A stretch of 63,990 nt of DNA, counting the filler, from Octopus bimaculoides (taxonomy: Eukaryota): assembly GCF_001194135.2 (NCBI RefSeq). It is 8 parts of 7 records of this genome, joined end to end, with 100 filler letters (N's around TTAATTAATTAA, not from the genome) between each part and the next. Parts side by side here need not be neighbours in the genome. Positions count along the whole stretch, not along the records: positions 36,973 to 41,883 come from NW_026419838.1; positions 41,984 to 53,587 come from NC_068983.1; 6 more parts are not named here. The stretch is one strand, 5' to 3'. Position 1 is the first letter of the stretch; every line of letters begins with the position of its first letter. The notes beneath the pieces are model-generated. The model saw only the letters and a program-made list of their open reading frames with translations, was not told the DNA's origin and did not search any database. A program made the position numbers and the translations under genes. Below are positions 36,973 through 50,200 of the stretch, in pieces.

Positions 36973-39900
36973 CCTACGTTCGTTCGTAAATTGCGATCGT
37001 ACGTTCATTTCTTTGTTCGTTCCTACGTGCGTACAATCGTTCGTTCGTTCATTCGTTGTTACGGATGTATTTACGTTCGTTCGTACGTAGGTACTTATAT
37101 ACGTACGTAAATACGTTCGTTCTTACGTCCGTACGTTCATTCGTTACTTCGTTCTTCCCTGCGTTCGTTCGATCGTTCGTACGTACGTTCATTCATTCGT
37201 ACGTACGACCGCTCGTTCGTACGTTCATTCTTACGTATGTACGTATATACGTTCAATCGTTCGTTCCTTAATTTTGTTCGTTCGATCGTTCCTACGTACG
37301 GATGTATGTACGTACCTTCGTTTGTTTTTTCGTTCGCACATGCGTTCGTTCCTACCTACGTACGTTTGTTTGTTCATACATACGTACGTTCTTTCGTTTG
37401 CTCGATCGTTCGTCCATTCTTTCGTTCGTTTGTTTCGTTCTTCCGTACGATCATTCGTTCGTTCGTTTGTTCCTTCGCACGTACATACGTACGTTCGTTC
37501 TTTCGTACCTACGTACGTTCGTTCGTTCAATCTTTCATTCTTTCGTTCGTTTCTTTGTTCGATCGATCGTTCGTTCGTTCTTACATACGTACGGACGTTC
37601 GTTCGTTAGTTTTTTCGTACATACGTACGTTCGTTTCATTCGTACGTTCGTTCGTCATTACGTTCCTTCTTTCGTTTATTTGTTCGTACGTACCAAGTTA
37701 CTTACGTACGCACGTTCTTTCAGTCCTTCGATCATTTGTTCATACGTACGTACGTACCTTCGATGGTACGTACATTCGTACATTTGTACGTATTTACATA
37801 TGTATATACGTATGAATGAATGAACGAACGAACGAACGTACGTAGGAAGGAACAAACGAACGTACGTAAGTAGGTAGGTACGTACGTACAAACTAACGAA
37901 CGATCGAAAGAACAAACGAACGTACGTACGAAACTAACGAAGGAACGAACGAAATAAACGAAAGAATGAATGAACGAACGAATGAACAAAGGAAAGAACG
38001 ATCAAACGCACGTACGTACGTAAGCAAATATGTACGTGGGTACGTACGTACGAATGAATTAATGTACGTGCGTACGTATCTACGGACAAAAGTGCGAAGG
38101 AATGAACAAACTAACGACCGAACGCACATAAGAACGAATGAACGTACGTACGTTCATAAGTACGTACGTACGAACGATCCAACGAACGAACGTACGTACG
38201 TTACAAAATACGAACAAACGTACGTGCGTTAGAATGACCGAACGTGCGTACGTTCGTTACTTTGTTCGTTCGTTCGTACGTACATACATATGTACCTACT
38301 TACTTACGTTCGTTCGGCTGGTCGTTCGTACGTACATACATACCTACGTTCGTTCATACTTGCGATCGTACGTACAAACGTTCATTTTTTGTTCGTATGT
38401 ACGTTCGTTCTTTCAATCTTTCGCTTGTTCGTTCGTTCATTCGTTGTTACGTACGTACGGACGTTCTTACGTTCGTTCGTACGTAGGTACTTATATACGT
38501 ACGTAATTACATTCGTTCTTTCTTTCGTTCGTTCGTACATACGTACGTTCATTATTACGTCCGTAAGTACGTACGTTCATTCGTTCTTTCCTGCGTTCGT
38601 TCGTACGCACGTTCATTCATTCGTACGTACGAACGCTCGTTCGTACGTTCTTTCTTACGTATGTACGTATATACGTTCAATCGTTCGTTCCTTAATTTTG
38701 TTCGTTCGTACGTACGGGCGTACGTTAGTTCTTTCGTACGTTCGTTCGATCGTTCCTACGTACGGATGTATGTACGTACGTTCTTTCGTTTGCTCGATCG
38801 TTCGTCCATTCTTTCGTTCGTTCGTTTCGTTCTTCCGTACGATCATTCGTTTGTTCGTACGCACGTACGTCCGTTTGTTCGTTCGTTCTTTCGTACATTC
38901 TTTCGTGCGTACGTTCGTTACTTTGTTCGTTCGTTCGTACGTACATACATACCTACGTTCGTTCGATCGTTCTTTCGTTCGTACGTACATACTTACGTTC
39001 ATTTCTTTGTTCGTTCGGTTTTTTTTCGTACATACGTTCGTTTGTTCCGTCGTACGTACGCCTGTTCGTTCGTACGTATGTACCTACATTTGTTCGTTAA
39101 TTCGATCATTCCTACGTACGTACTTACGTTCTCTCATTCCTACGTACGTACATGCCTTACATTCGTTCGTTCATTTGTTTGATCGTTCTTACGTACGTAC
39201 GGACGTATTTACGTTTGTTCGTACGTAGGTACTTATATACGTGCGTTCGTTCGTACTTACGTTTGTTCGTTCGTACATACGTACGTTCTTTCGTACGTAC
39301 GTTACTTCGTTCTTTAGTTCGATCGTTCGTACGTACGTTCATTCTTACGTTTGTACGTACATACGTTCAATCGTTCTTTCGTTCCTTCCTTAATTTCTTT
39401 CGTTCGTACGTATGTTCGTTTTTTCGTACGCACATGCGTTCGTTCCTACGTACGTACGTTTGTTTGTTCATTCGTTTGTTCGTACATACGTACGTTCTTT
39501 CGTTTGTTCGATCGTTCGTCCATTCGTTTCGTTCTTTCGTACGATCATTCGTTTGTTCGTTCGTTCGTTCAATCGTTAGTTCATTCTTTCGTACGTTCGT
39601 TCGTGCGTACGTTCGTTCGTACGTGCATACATACCTACGTTCGTTCGTTCGTACGTACATACTTACGTTCATTTCTCTGTTCGTTCGGTTTTTTTTCGTA
39701 CATACGTTCGTTTGTTCCGTCGTACGTACGCTTGTTCGTTCGTATGTACCTACATTTGTTCGTTAATTCGTTTGTTCGTACGTAGGTACTTATATACGTC
39801 CCGACGTACGTTCGTTCGTACTTACGTACGTTCGTTCGTTCGTATTTACGTACATACGCACGTTCTTTCGTTCTTATGTACGTAAGTACGTACGTTCATT

Positions 39901-41883
39901 CGTTACTTCGTTCTTTAGTTCGATCGTTCGTACGTACGTTCATTCTTACGTTTGTACGTTCAATCGTTCCTTCGTTAATTTCTTTCGTTCGTACGTACGT
40001 TCGTTCCTGCGTACGGATGTATGTACGTACGTTCGTCTGTTTTTTCGTTCGAACTTTCTTTCGTTCGCACATGCGTTCGTTCCTACGTACGCACGTTTGT
40101 TTGTTCGTACATACGTACGTTCTTTCGTTTACTCGATCGTTCATTCTTTCGTTACTTCGTTCGTTCTTTCGTTCGTTCTTTCCGTACGTACGTACGATTG
40201 TTCGTTCGTTGGTTCCTTCGCACGTACGTACGTTTGTTCGTACATACGTATATTCTTTCCTTCAATCGTTCGTTCATACGTACATATGTACCTACTTACG
40301 TACGTTCGTTCGTACATCGGTACGTTTAATTCTTTGTTCATTCGTTTGTTCGTCCGTTTGTTCGATCGTTCGTTCGTTCTTACATACGTACGGACGTTCG
40401 TTCGTTGCCTCGTTCGTTAGTTCTTTCGTACGTTCGTTCGTTTCATTCGTTCGTAATTACGTTCCTTCTTTCGTACGTACGAACTTACTTACGTACGCAC
40501 GTTCTTTCAGTCCTTCGATCATTTGTTCATACGTACGATCGATCGTTCGTTCGTACGTACGTACATTCGTTCGTTCGTACATTTGTACGTACGTTCGTTC
40601 ATTCATACATATGTAAGTACGAACATACGTACGTTCGTTTCGCTCATTCGTACGTACGAACGATCTTACCAACGAAATGAACGAACGAAAGATCGAACGT
40701 ACGTATTTACATATGTATATACGTAAGAATGAATGAAAGAACGATCGAAAGAACAAACGAACGTACGTACGAAACTTAACGAAGGAACGAACGAAACAAA
40801 CAAATGATCAAACGAAAGGACGATCGAACGCACGTACGTACGTAAGCACATATGTACGTGGGTACGTACGTACGAATGAATGAATGTACGTGCGTACGTA
40901 CCTACGGACAAAAGAACGAACGAATGAACAAACTAACGACAGAACGCACGTAAGAACGAACGTACGTTCATAAGTACGTACGAACATATGTACCTACTTA
41001 CGTACGTTCGGTCGGTCGTACGTACATTTCTTTGTTCTTTCAATCTTTCGCTTGCTCGTTTGTCCGATCGTTCGTTCCTACGTGCGTACGTTCGTTCGTT
41101 CTTACGTCCGTAAGTACGTACGTTCATTCGTTACTTCGTTCGTACGCACGTTCTTACGTATGTACGTATATACGTTCAATCGTTCGTTCCTTAATTTTGT
41201 TCGTTCATACGTACGGACGTACGTTAGTTCTTTCGTACGTTCGTTCGATCGTTCCTACGTACGGATGTATGTACGTACGTTCGTTTGTTTTTTCGTTCGA
41301 TCTTTCTTTCGTTCGCACATGCGTTCGTTCCTACCTACGTACGTTTGTTTGTTCGTACATACGTACGTTCTTTCGTTCGCTCGATCGTTCGTCCATTCTT
41401 TCGGTCGTTCGTTTGTTTCGTTCTTCCGTACGATCGTTCCTTCGCACGTACGTACGTACGTTTGTTCGTTCGTTCTTTCGTACATACGTACGTTCTTTCG
41501 TTCATTCGTTAGTTCATTCTTTCTTACGTTCGTTACTTTGTTCGTTCGTTCGTACATACATACCTTCGTTCGTACGTACATACTTACGTTCATTTCTTTG
41601 TTCGTTCGGTTTTTTTTCGTACATACGTTCGTTTGTTCCGTCGTACGTACGCCTGCTCGTTCGTTCGTACGTATGTACCTACATTTGTTCGTTAATTCGT
41701 TTGTTCGATCGTTCGTTCCTTCTTTCGTTCTTATGTACGTACTCTCATTCGTATGTACGTACATGCCTTACGTTCGTTCGTTCATTCATTCGTTCCTACG
41801 TACGGACGTATTTACGTTCGGTTATACTCACGTACCTTCGTTCGTTCGTATTTACGTACATACGTACGCTCTTTCGTACGCAA
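36973..41883. repeat. Complex CpG-rich (CGTT/CGTA)n satellite with higher-order repeats and two inverted blocks
   Basis: 4-nt register throughout; recurring marker strings; reverse-orientation (AACG) blocks at ~37815-38240 and ~40670-40985. Confidence 0.95.
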
Positions 41884-41994
41884 NNNNNNNNNNNNNNNNN
41901 NNNNNNNNNNNNNNNNNNNNNNNNNNNTTAATTAATTAANNNNNNNNNNNNNNNNNNNNNNNNNNNNNNNNNNNNNNNNNNNNTATATATATAC

Positions 41995-42026
<32 letters not shown>

Positions 42027-42205
42027 TTACACATATATATATATATTTACACACATATGTATGTATGTATGTATATTCTGCCTAAGCAATATATGTGTAT
42101 GTACATTCTGCCTAAACAATGGATTTACAAATACAATATCCCTGCATTCACTCTCTATTTCCTATCTTATCTAAATTAACTATTGCTTAACCATCCTTTC
42201 ACATC

Positions 42206-42253
42206 GTCTCCGATGAAGGAATATAATAAATATCCTGGAAACAGCTGTAAGAC
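42206..42253 (+). ncRNA. Minimal hammerhead-like motif with core variants, in a Penelope-like fragment (~42110-42320)
   Basis: gtct CCGATGA agga...tcct g GAAA CAGCTG TA agac: perfect 4-bp stem I, palindromic stem III, but U4C and an extra G. Confidence 0.55.
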
Positions 42254-42323
42254 CTTCTATTTATAAATGTTCTATAATGCACACAACCTTGTTTTTCTTT
42301 ATCTCATTACGAAAACTAAATCC

Positions 42324-42360
<37 letters not shown>

Positions 42361-42868
42361 GGGGGGGTATGTATATTTATCATGTAGACAGGGTTAAAAT
42401 CCAAGTTGTGTCGTCTTGAAGCACATCTGCTTATTTCAGTATTCCAATTCTGTATGCTGGTATTATATTTGTTCGAGATAAGGATAAGAGTAGAAAATAC
42501 TGGAAAATAGTTTTTTAGAGTAATTTTATAACAAAACAGGCTATTGGAGAATGTTTTGGCATCATTTATTCACCATTACACATGTTTCGTTTACTAATAG
42601 GTGTTACCGAGTTGTACATGTAGGAAGAATATATAAAAAAATGTTTCAAACTTAGTAAATTTGAACCATTTCTCATAGGAGATATCTTACATCTTTTTCC
42701 TACAAGTGCAACATTGTAACTTCTATTAGCAAATGAAACACGTGTAATGATGAATAAATAATACCAAAAACCTTTGCAATAACCTATTTTGATATATACA
42801 TGTGTGTGTGTGTGTGTTCTTTTATTCGCTTCAGCCATGCAGCTGCGGTCATGCTGGAGCGCCAGCGC

Positions 42869-42933
<65 letters not shown>

Positions 42934-43660
42934 GTGTATATGTGTGTGTGTTTGTGAAAGTGCTAGAGAAAGACAGACAGGAAGAAAGAGAGGGAGGATA
43001 GAGAGAAAGAGAGAGAGCGAAACATTCGTTGAAGACACAAGACAGACAAACAAACTGCGAAGGACAAAGAGGAAAGATAATTAAGAAAAGAGGAAAGGTG
43101 GAAGTGAGGTCTGCCAATTATTAAGCATCCGTTAATTAGTGTGGAGCCTCAGGTGGATAGAGTTAAGTGTCTTAACGAAGAATAATAACTTTTAAGCGAA
43201 ACAGGACTCGGTGACTGACAAGACAAATGGATCTATTATGCTCTTTGCAAGAGGTAAACAAATGAGTGTTGTTTGTTTTAGGTTGGGGCATAAAGCCCCC
43301 ACATCACTGACATTTTGTAAAGGATGCAGCGAGGTATATTGCTTATTGCTTGTTTTGAGTAGTTTGGTTTACCGAACCCCGGCGGGGTGGACAAAAGGGT
43401 ACAGCGATTTTTGCTTTTAATAGTCAACATTCTCACAGAACAATGAACCAGTGAAGAAGAAATAAGAGGAGAAAACGGAAAAGAAGGAGCCACTGTCTGA
43501 TTGCTTGATCCGCTAGAAATCGTAGTAAAATCTCTCTCAAATGCCACTTTATTCTCTGACAGAATCGAGAGGGAAATTGCACAATGTACGAAGAAACAGT
43601 ATGTATATCTACATATACAAACATGCATGCATACATACATACATACATTTATGCATGCAT

Positions 43661-43706
<46 letters not shown>

Positions 43707-44132
43707 TTGTTTATTGTTTTGTTCCTCAATTAGGACTGACAGCTGCTGCGATATAAAGCAGAAGTTTATTTTCTTCCTTATGCAAATCAGAGAAAAACAG
43801 TTCGAGGGATTGGTGCCAAAATTCTATTTTGTTTATTTATACATTTTTTCCTTGCTGTTGTTGTTGTTGTTGTTGTTTTGTTCTTGTCTTGTTCTTGTTG
43901 TTAGCATCATCATCATCATCATTATCGTCATCACCACCATCAAAGAATAGTTCATTGAAAACAAAAAGATATTGAGCCAGAAAAAGTAGTGTTTGTTAAC
44001 TGTAATAATTATACAAGCATTCGCTCGTTCTGGAGGTATCCTTTCAGAATCTAATTGGACCGGAGGAGAGCGTGTGTGAATGAATAGAAGTGATGAGCGG
44101 AGAAGGGAGGATATGGAAGTGGTGATGCGGCA

Positions 44133-44163
<31 letters not shown>

Positions 44164-45373
44164 TAGATCACCGTTGGCAAGATAGCACCGCCATATTTCA
44201 TGAGAAACACCAAAACTGAAGCAATGGTTCGACCGATTCTAGAATTGTAGTACGAAGGATTATGTTTGGTTTTGTTGGCTGGTTGTTGAGCTTGTTTATT
44301 TGATTTGTTTTGTGTGGGGGTTTGATGGAGATTAAAGCAGAGAGGAGGGAGAGAGGAGGTAATGGGATGGTGGGGGGAGATAAAGAGAGAGACATATAGG
44401 GGTGGGTGCTAAGAAAACAAAATAGATTTTAAAAGAAATACTCAGAAATACACGAACGTTTTGCTTTTTTCTTTTTGTTTTTTCTTCTCGTGAGTGTCAA
44501 ACGTGATGAAAATAGAGACTTGCTGAAGTGAAGTGTGCAAGAAGGGGAAAAAAGAGGAAAAAAAAGTAGGGTGAAGATTGCTGATGGGGGGAGTTGCTGA
44601 AGGGGACTGTTTCCNNNNNNNNNNNNNNNNNNNNNNNNNNNNNNNNNNNNNNNNNNNNNNNNNNNNNNNNNNNNNNNNNNNNNNNNNNNNNNNNNNNNNN
44701 NNNNNNNNNNNNNNNNNNNNNNNNNNNNNNNNNNNNNNNNNNNNNNNNNNNNNNNNNNNNNNNNNNNNNNNNNNNNNNNNNNNNNNNNNNNNNNNNNNNN
44801 NNNNNNNNNNNNNNNNNNNNNNNNNNNNNNNNNNNNNNNNNNNNNNNNNNNNNNNNNNNNNNNNNNNNNNNNNNNNNNNNNNNNNNNNNNNNNNNNNNNN
44901 NNNNNNNNNNNNNNNNNNNNNNNNNNNNNNNNNNNNNNNNNNNNNNNNNNNNNNNNNNNNNNNNNNNNNNNNNNNNNNNNNNNNNNNNNNNNNNNNNNNN
45001 NNNNNNNNNNNNNNNNNNNNNNNNNNNNNNNNNNNNNNNNNNNNNNNNNNNNNNNNNNNNNNNNNNNNNNNNNNNNNNNNNNNNNNNNNNNNNNNNNNNN
45101 NNNNNNNNNNNNNNNNNNNNNNNNNNNNNNNNNNNNNNNNNNNNNNNNNNNNNNNNNNNNNNNNNNNNNNNNNNNNNNNNNNNNNNNNNNNNNNNNNNNN
45201 NNNNNNNNNNNNNNNNNNNNNNNNNNNNNNNNNNNNNNNNNNNNNNNNNNNNNNNNNNNNNNNNNNNNNNNNNNNNNNNNNNNNNNNNNNNNNNNNNNNN
45301 NNNNNNNNNNNNNNNNNNNNNNNNNNNNNNNNNNNNNNNNNNNNNNNNNNNNNNNNNNNNNNNNNNNNNNNNN

Positions 45374-45423
<50 letters not shown>

Positions 45424-45445
45424 CACTGTTTAACAATCTCACATC

Positions 45446-45493
45446 GTCTCTGATGAAGGGCTATCCATAATATCCCAGAACCAGCTTTATGAC
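45446..45493 (+). ncRNA. Degenerate hammerhead-like motif, same family as 42206
   Basis: Shared lead-in tcacatcgtct; CTGATGA intact; GAAA and stem III mutated (gaaccagcttta tgac). Confidence 0.4.
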
Positions 45494-45725
45494 TATATAT
45501 CTATTTCGTTATAAATGTCCTGACCCACATTAAACTCCTCACTCGTATCACTATCGCACCAAGAGTTTAACTATGGTCTGCCAATAGCACTTACTTAGCG
45601 TTACCTGCCATTCTTTGGGTCTTCTAGATACCAATACCTTTTATATACATATGTTATATATGCATACATGTATATATATACATTCGCCATGCTGGACCGC
45701 TGAACTCTATTACAAGTTTTTCTTT

Positions 45726-45791
<66 letters not shown>

Positions 45792-45962
45792 NNNNNNNNN
45801 NNNNNNNNNNNNNNNNNNNNNNNNNNNNNNNNNNNNNNNNNNNNNNNNNNNNNNNNNNNNNNNNNNNNNNNNNNNNNNNNNNNNNNNNNNNNNNNNNNNN
45901 NNNNNNNNNNNNNNNNNNNNNNNNNNNNNNNNNNNNNNNNNNNNNNNNNNNNNNNNNNNNNN

Positions 45963-46008
<46 letters not shown>

Positions 46009-46309
46009 TATATATATATATGTATCATTTTTGTCTCTTGGGAGGATCATTACACCAATAATAAAAACACACACATTGGTTCAATATCACTTCTTTGTTG
46101 TTAGTGAAGCGGTTAAATGTCTAAAACTAATGTCGCTCTTTCCCACCTCATCAGTGACATTCCTTCATTCTTCAAGTTCTATATTGAGGCTCAAAATTTG
46201 TTCTAACACACCAATTCACATCAATAACCTTACAAACCAGATACAAAAACGAATTATACACACACACATACAAACTTACATACATACATACATACATACA
46301 TACACTCTT

Positions 46310-46510
46310 TCTCTCTTTTACTCTTTTACTTGTTTCAGTCATTTGACTGCGGCCACTTGGAGCACCACCTTTAGTCGAGAAAATTGACCCCAGGACATAT
46401 GCTTTGTAAGCCTAGTACTTATTCTATCGGTTCTCTTTTTGCCAAACCGCTAAGTTACGGGAATGTAAACACACCAGCATCGGTTGCCAAGCGATGTTGG
46501 GGGGACAATA
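46310..46510 (-). mobile_element. SINE family A, 3' half (cut by gap)
   Basis: ttttacttgtttcagtcatttgactgcggcc...catcggttgccaagcgatg. Confidence 0.85.
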
Positions 46511-47220
46511 TATNNNNNNNNNNNNNNNNNNNNNNNNNNNNNNNNNNNNNNNNNNNNNNNNNNNNNNNNNNNNNNNNNNNNNNNNNNNNNNNNNNNNNNN
46601 NNNNNNNNNNNNNNNNNNNNNNNNNNNNNNNNNNNNNNNNNNNNNNNNNNNNNNNNNNNNNNNNNNNNNNNNNNNNNNNNNNNNNNNNNNNNNNNNNNNN
46701 NNNNNNNNNNNNNNNNNNNNNNNNNNNNNNNNNNNNNNNNNNNNNNNNNNNNNNNNNNNNNNNNNNNNNNNNNNNNNNNNNNNNNNNNNNNNNNNNNNNN
46801 NNNNNNNNNNNNNNNNNNNNNNNNNNNNNNNNNNNNNNNNNNNNNNNNNNNNNNNNNNNNNNNNNNNNNNNNNNNNNNNNNNNNNNNNNNNNNNNNNNNN
46901 NNNNNNNNNNNNNNNNNNNNNNNNNNNNNNNNNNNNNNNNNNNNNNNNNNNNNNNNNNNNNNNNNNNNNNNNNNNNNNNNNNNNNNNTCATATTTTATTT
47001 TCTTCACTTCTCTATTTTTCCTTATCTTTCATTTATTTTTTCCTCTTCCGTAAACCTGCTTTTTCATCTCTTATGCTACCCCTACTTGTCCTTCCTTTCC
47101 TCCTCTTCCTGTTCCTTTTTCATAATCATCTTCATCAACTTCATCATCGTCATCTTTACCATCATCATCATCATCATCATCAATTCCAAATATCTTTCTT
47201 TCCCTCTCCCTGTCTCTCTT

Positions 47221-47270
<50 letters not shown>

Positions 47271-47362
47271 CCCACTCTACTATATTGTAAGCGGATGAAT
47301 GTTTATTTTATTTCCGACAATAAGAAAAATAAGAAAGACAAAACTACAAACCAAACACAGCT

Positions 47363-47409
<47 letters not shown>

Positions 47410-47513
47410 AATAATAATACTACTACTAATAATAATAATAATAATAATGAAAAATATGTAGGAGAAAAATTCAGAAATTCAGACAGATATAAAATGGAGA
47501 AAAATGCTAAACC

Positions 47514-47562
<49 letters not shown>

Positions 47563-48636
47563 GCAGCAACGACAACAACTTCAACAACGACGTGAAACAA
47601 CAACAACAAGATAAAGACCAACAATAACAATAATAATTAAGAATTCGATAAAAGGGTGGGGGTGAATGGGTGGAGAAGAAGAAACATAACAAAAAAAAAA
47701 GGAAAAAATACATTTCCGATGACTGGTTAAAATTATAGAGATTTATTTAAATTATTAGGCAGACATGTTTTTTATTCTCTTTTGCTTTCTTTATCCATAT
47801 TTTTCAATCATTATTTCCGCTGGTATTTTTCTTTCTTTTTTTTTTCCTTTTTTCTTTTTCTTCTTTTTTTGCTTTTTCTTCTTTTTCTTTTATTTTTCTT
47901 CTTTTTTGCCTTTTTTTTTTCCTTGGCTTTTATTTCTATATTTATTTGTTTATTTACTTGAGTATTGCATTTGTTGTCCATGTAGTTGTTGTTGTAGCTG
48001 ATTTCTTTTTGTTGTTCTTTTACGATATAAAGCATGGAAACAGGAATAGCCGTAAGCAACTCAACTGATATCATGTATACATACAGATATATATACTTAT
48101 ATATATATATNNNNNNNNNNNNNNNNNNNNNNNNNNNNNNNNNNNNNNNNNNNNNNNNNNNNNNNNNNNNNNNNNNNNNNNNNNNNNNNNNNNNNNNNNN
48201 NNNNNNNNNNNNNNNNNNNNNNNNNNNNNNNNNNNNNNNNNNNNNNNNNNNNNNNNNNNNNNNNNNNNNNNNNNNNNNNNNNNNNNNNNNNNNNNNNNNN
48301 NNNNNNNNNNNNNNNNNNNNNNNNNNNNNNNNNNNNNNNNNNNNNNNNNNNNNNNNNNNNNNNNNNNNNNNNNNNNNNNNNNNNNNNNNNNNNNNNNNNN
48401 NNNNNNNNNNNNNNNNNNNNNNNNNNNNNNNNNNNNNNNNNNNNNNNNNNNNNNNNNNNNNNNNNNNNNNNNNNNNNNNNNNNNNNNNNNNNNNNNNNNN
48501 NNNNNNNNNNNNNNNNNNNNNNNNNNNNNNNNNNNNNNNNNNNNNNNNNNNNNNNNNNNNNNNNNNNNNNNNNNNNNNNNNNNNNNNNNNNNNNNNNNNN
48601 NNNNNNNNNNNNNNNNNNNNNNNNNNNNNNNNNNNN

Positions 48637-48697
<61 letters not shown>

Positions 48698-48877
48698 GTA
48701 CATACAGATACATATTAATGTATATTCATACATGGAGCAGTCATAGGCTAATACTTTTGCACATATATAAATAGAGAGAGAGAGAGAGAGAGAAGGGAGA
48801 GATATTATGTATATATTTGCGTACTCACATATACACACACATGCGTATATGACCTATACATGATCTTAACATAACAG

Positions 48878-49001
48878 TGTCTTCTGAAGAGCTGAATTTA
48901 ACTTCATCTCACAGATCTATAAAAGTACGTGTTATTCAATACACCTACGACATACATGTTATGGCATAAGTCATAGTTCATCCGAAACAGCTGTCAAGAT
49001 A
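48878..49001 (+). ncRNA. Type I hammerhead ribozyme motif with canonical core and long stem II insert
   Basis: tgtctt CTGAAGA G...(~90 nt)...C GAAA CAGCTG TC aagata: 6-bp stem I, G10.1-C11.1 pair, GUC cleavage triplet at 48993-48995. Confidence 0.65.
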
Positions 49002-49629
49002 ATACTATGACATCATTCCTATTATTTATTTATTTATTTATATTCCATTTAAACTTACTGGTGAAGCCTACTTGTGTTTATCAGGCTTACTACATCCATG
49101 TATATCTAACACGGTTGGAAATTTGACTTTCATATAGAGTTACATTCTCTATTTTATAAAATCCATAAAACAGTATCTGCCATTGTCTGTCTTATAGTAT
49201 ACAATCGTTTCGCGACATCGTATTTTCCGGTATACCAGTCGCTGTTCTATATAGCATAAATGTGAAGTGTAAATATGCAAAACATCGTCACTATCTTTCT
49301 AAATCCTGTTGCATTTCGTATGGAATTTTTGGTCCTCAAGAGACGTCTTGGCGTAGGGGTCAACTGAGAGTATTAAGGGCCCACGGGGATGACCGTTTAC
49401 CGGGCCCCTTTGAATGTATCTTTTCGTGGAGTTAACATGTAGAGTGCGGGCACCTCAGAGCTCCGGGCCATCAGGCAGTACCCGATTGACCGACGGCTCA
49501 GTCCACCCCCGTCTTGGTGTATAAATAAGCATACTTTTGGGGGCTATAACTTTTGGTAGGTGTACAAGTTTGTTATTCTTAAACAAGAATATTATTGACT
49601 GCGACTTCGAAGTTTTGGTTAACTAAGGC

Positions 49630-50200
49630 CATCGTCGGACTCTCTTTTACACTTTTATTTGTTTAAGTCATTTGACTGCGGCCATGCTGGAGCACCACCT
49701 TTAGTCGAACAAATCGACCCCAGAACTTATTCTTTGTAAGCCTAGTACTTATTCTATGGGCCACATCTACCCAACCCTTAAGTTACGGAGATGTGAACAA
49801 ACTAACATCGGTTGTCAAGCGATGGTGGGGCGACAAACACATACACACATATATATACGGTGGGCTTCTTTCAGTTTCCGTCTACCAAATCCACTCAGAA
49901 GGCTTTGCCGAACCGCTAAGTTATGGGGACATAGACATACCAACATCGGTTGTCAAGCGATGTTAGGGGGACACAAACACACGCACACACACACACACAC
50001 ACAAATACACACACACACACACACTCATATATATGTACATGCTCATACGACGGGCTTATTTCAGTTTCCGTCTGCCTGATCCACACACAAGGCTTTGGTC
50101 GGCCCGCGGCTATAGCAGAAGACACTTACCCAAGGTACTACGCAGTGGGACTGAACCCAGAACCGTGTGGTTGGTAAGCAAGCTACTTACAACACAGCCA
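49630..50200 (-). mobile_element. SINE family A with internal tandem duplication
   Basis: catcggttgtcaagcgatg...ttcagtttccgtct block occurs twice. Confidence 0.85.

Noticed and set aside
37056-41939. Many long ORFs (up to 312 aa) rich in FVRS/RTY
   Set aside because: Translations of the 4-nt satellite, which lacks stop codons in several frames; no coding evidence.
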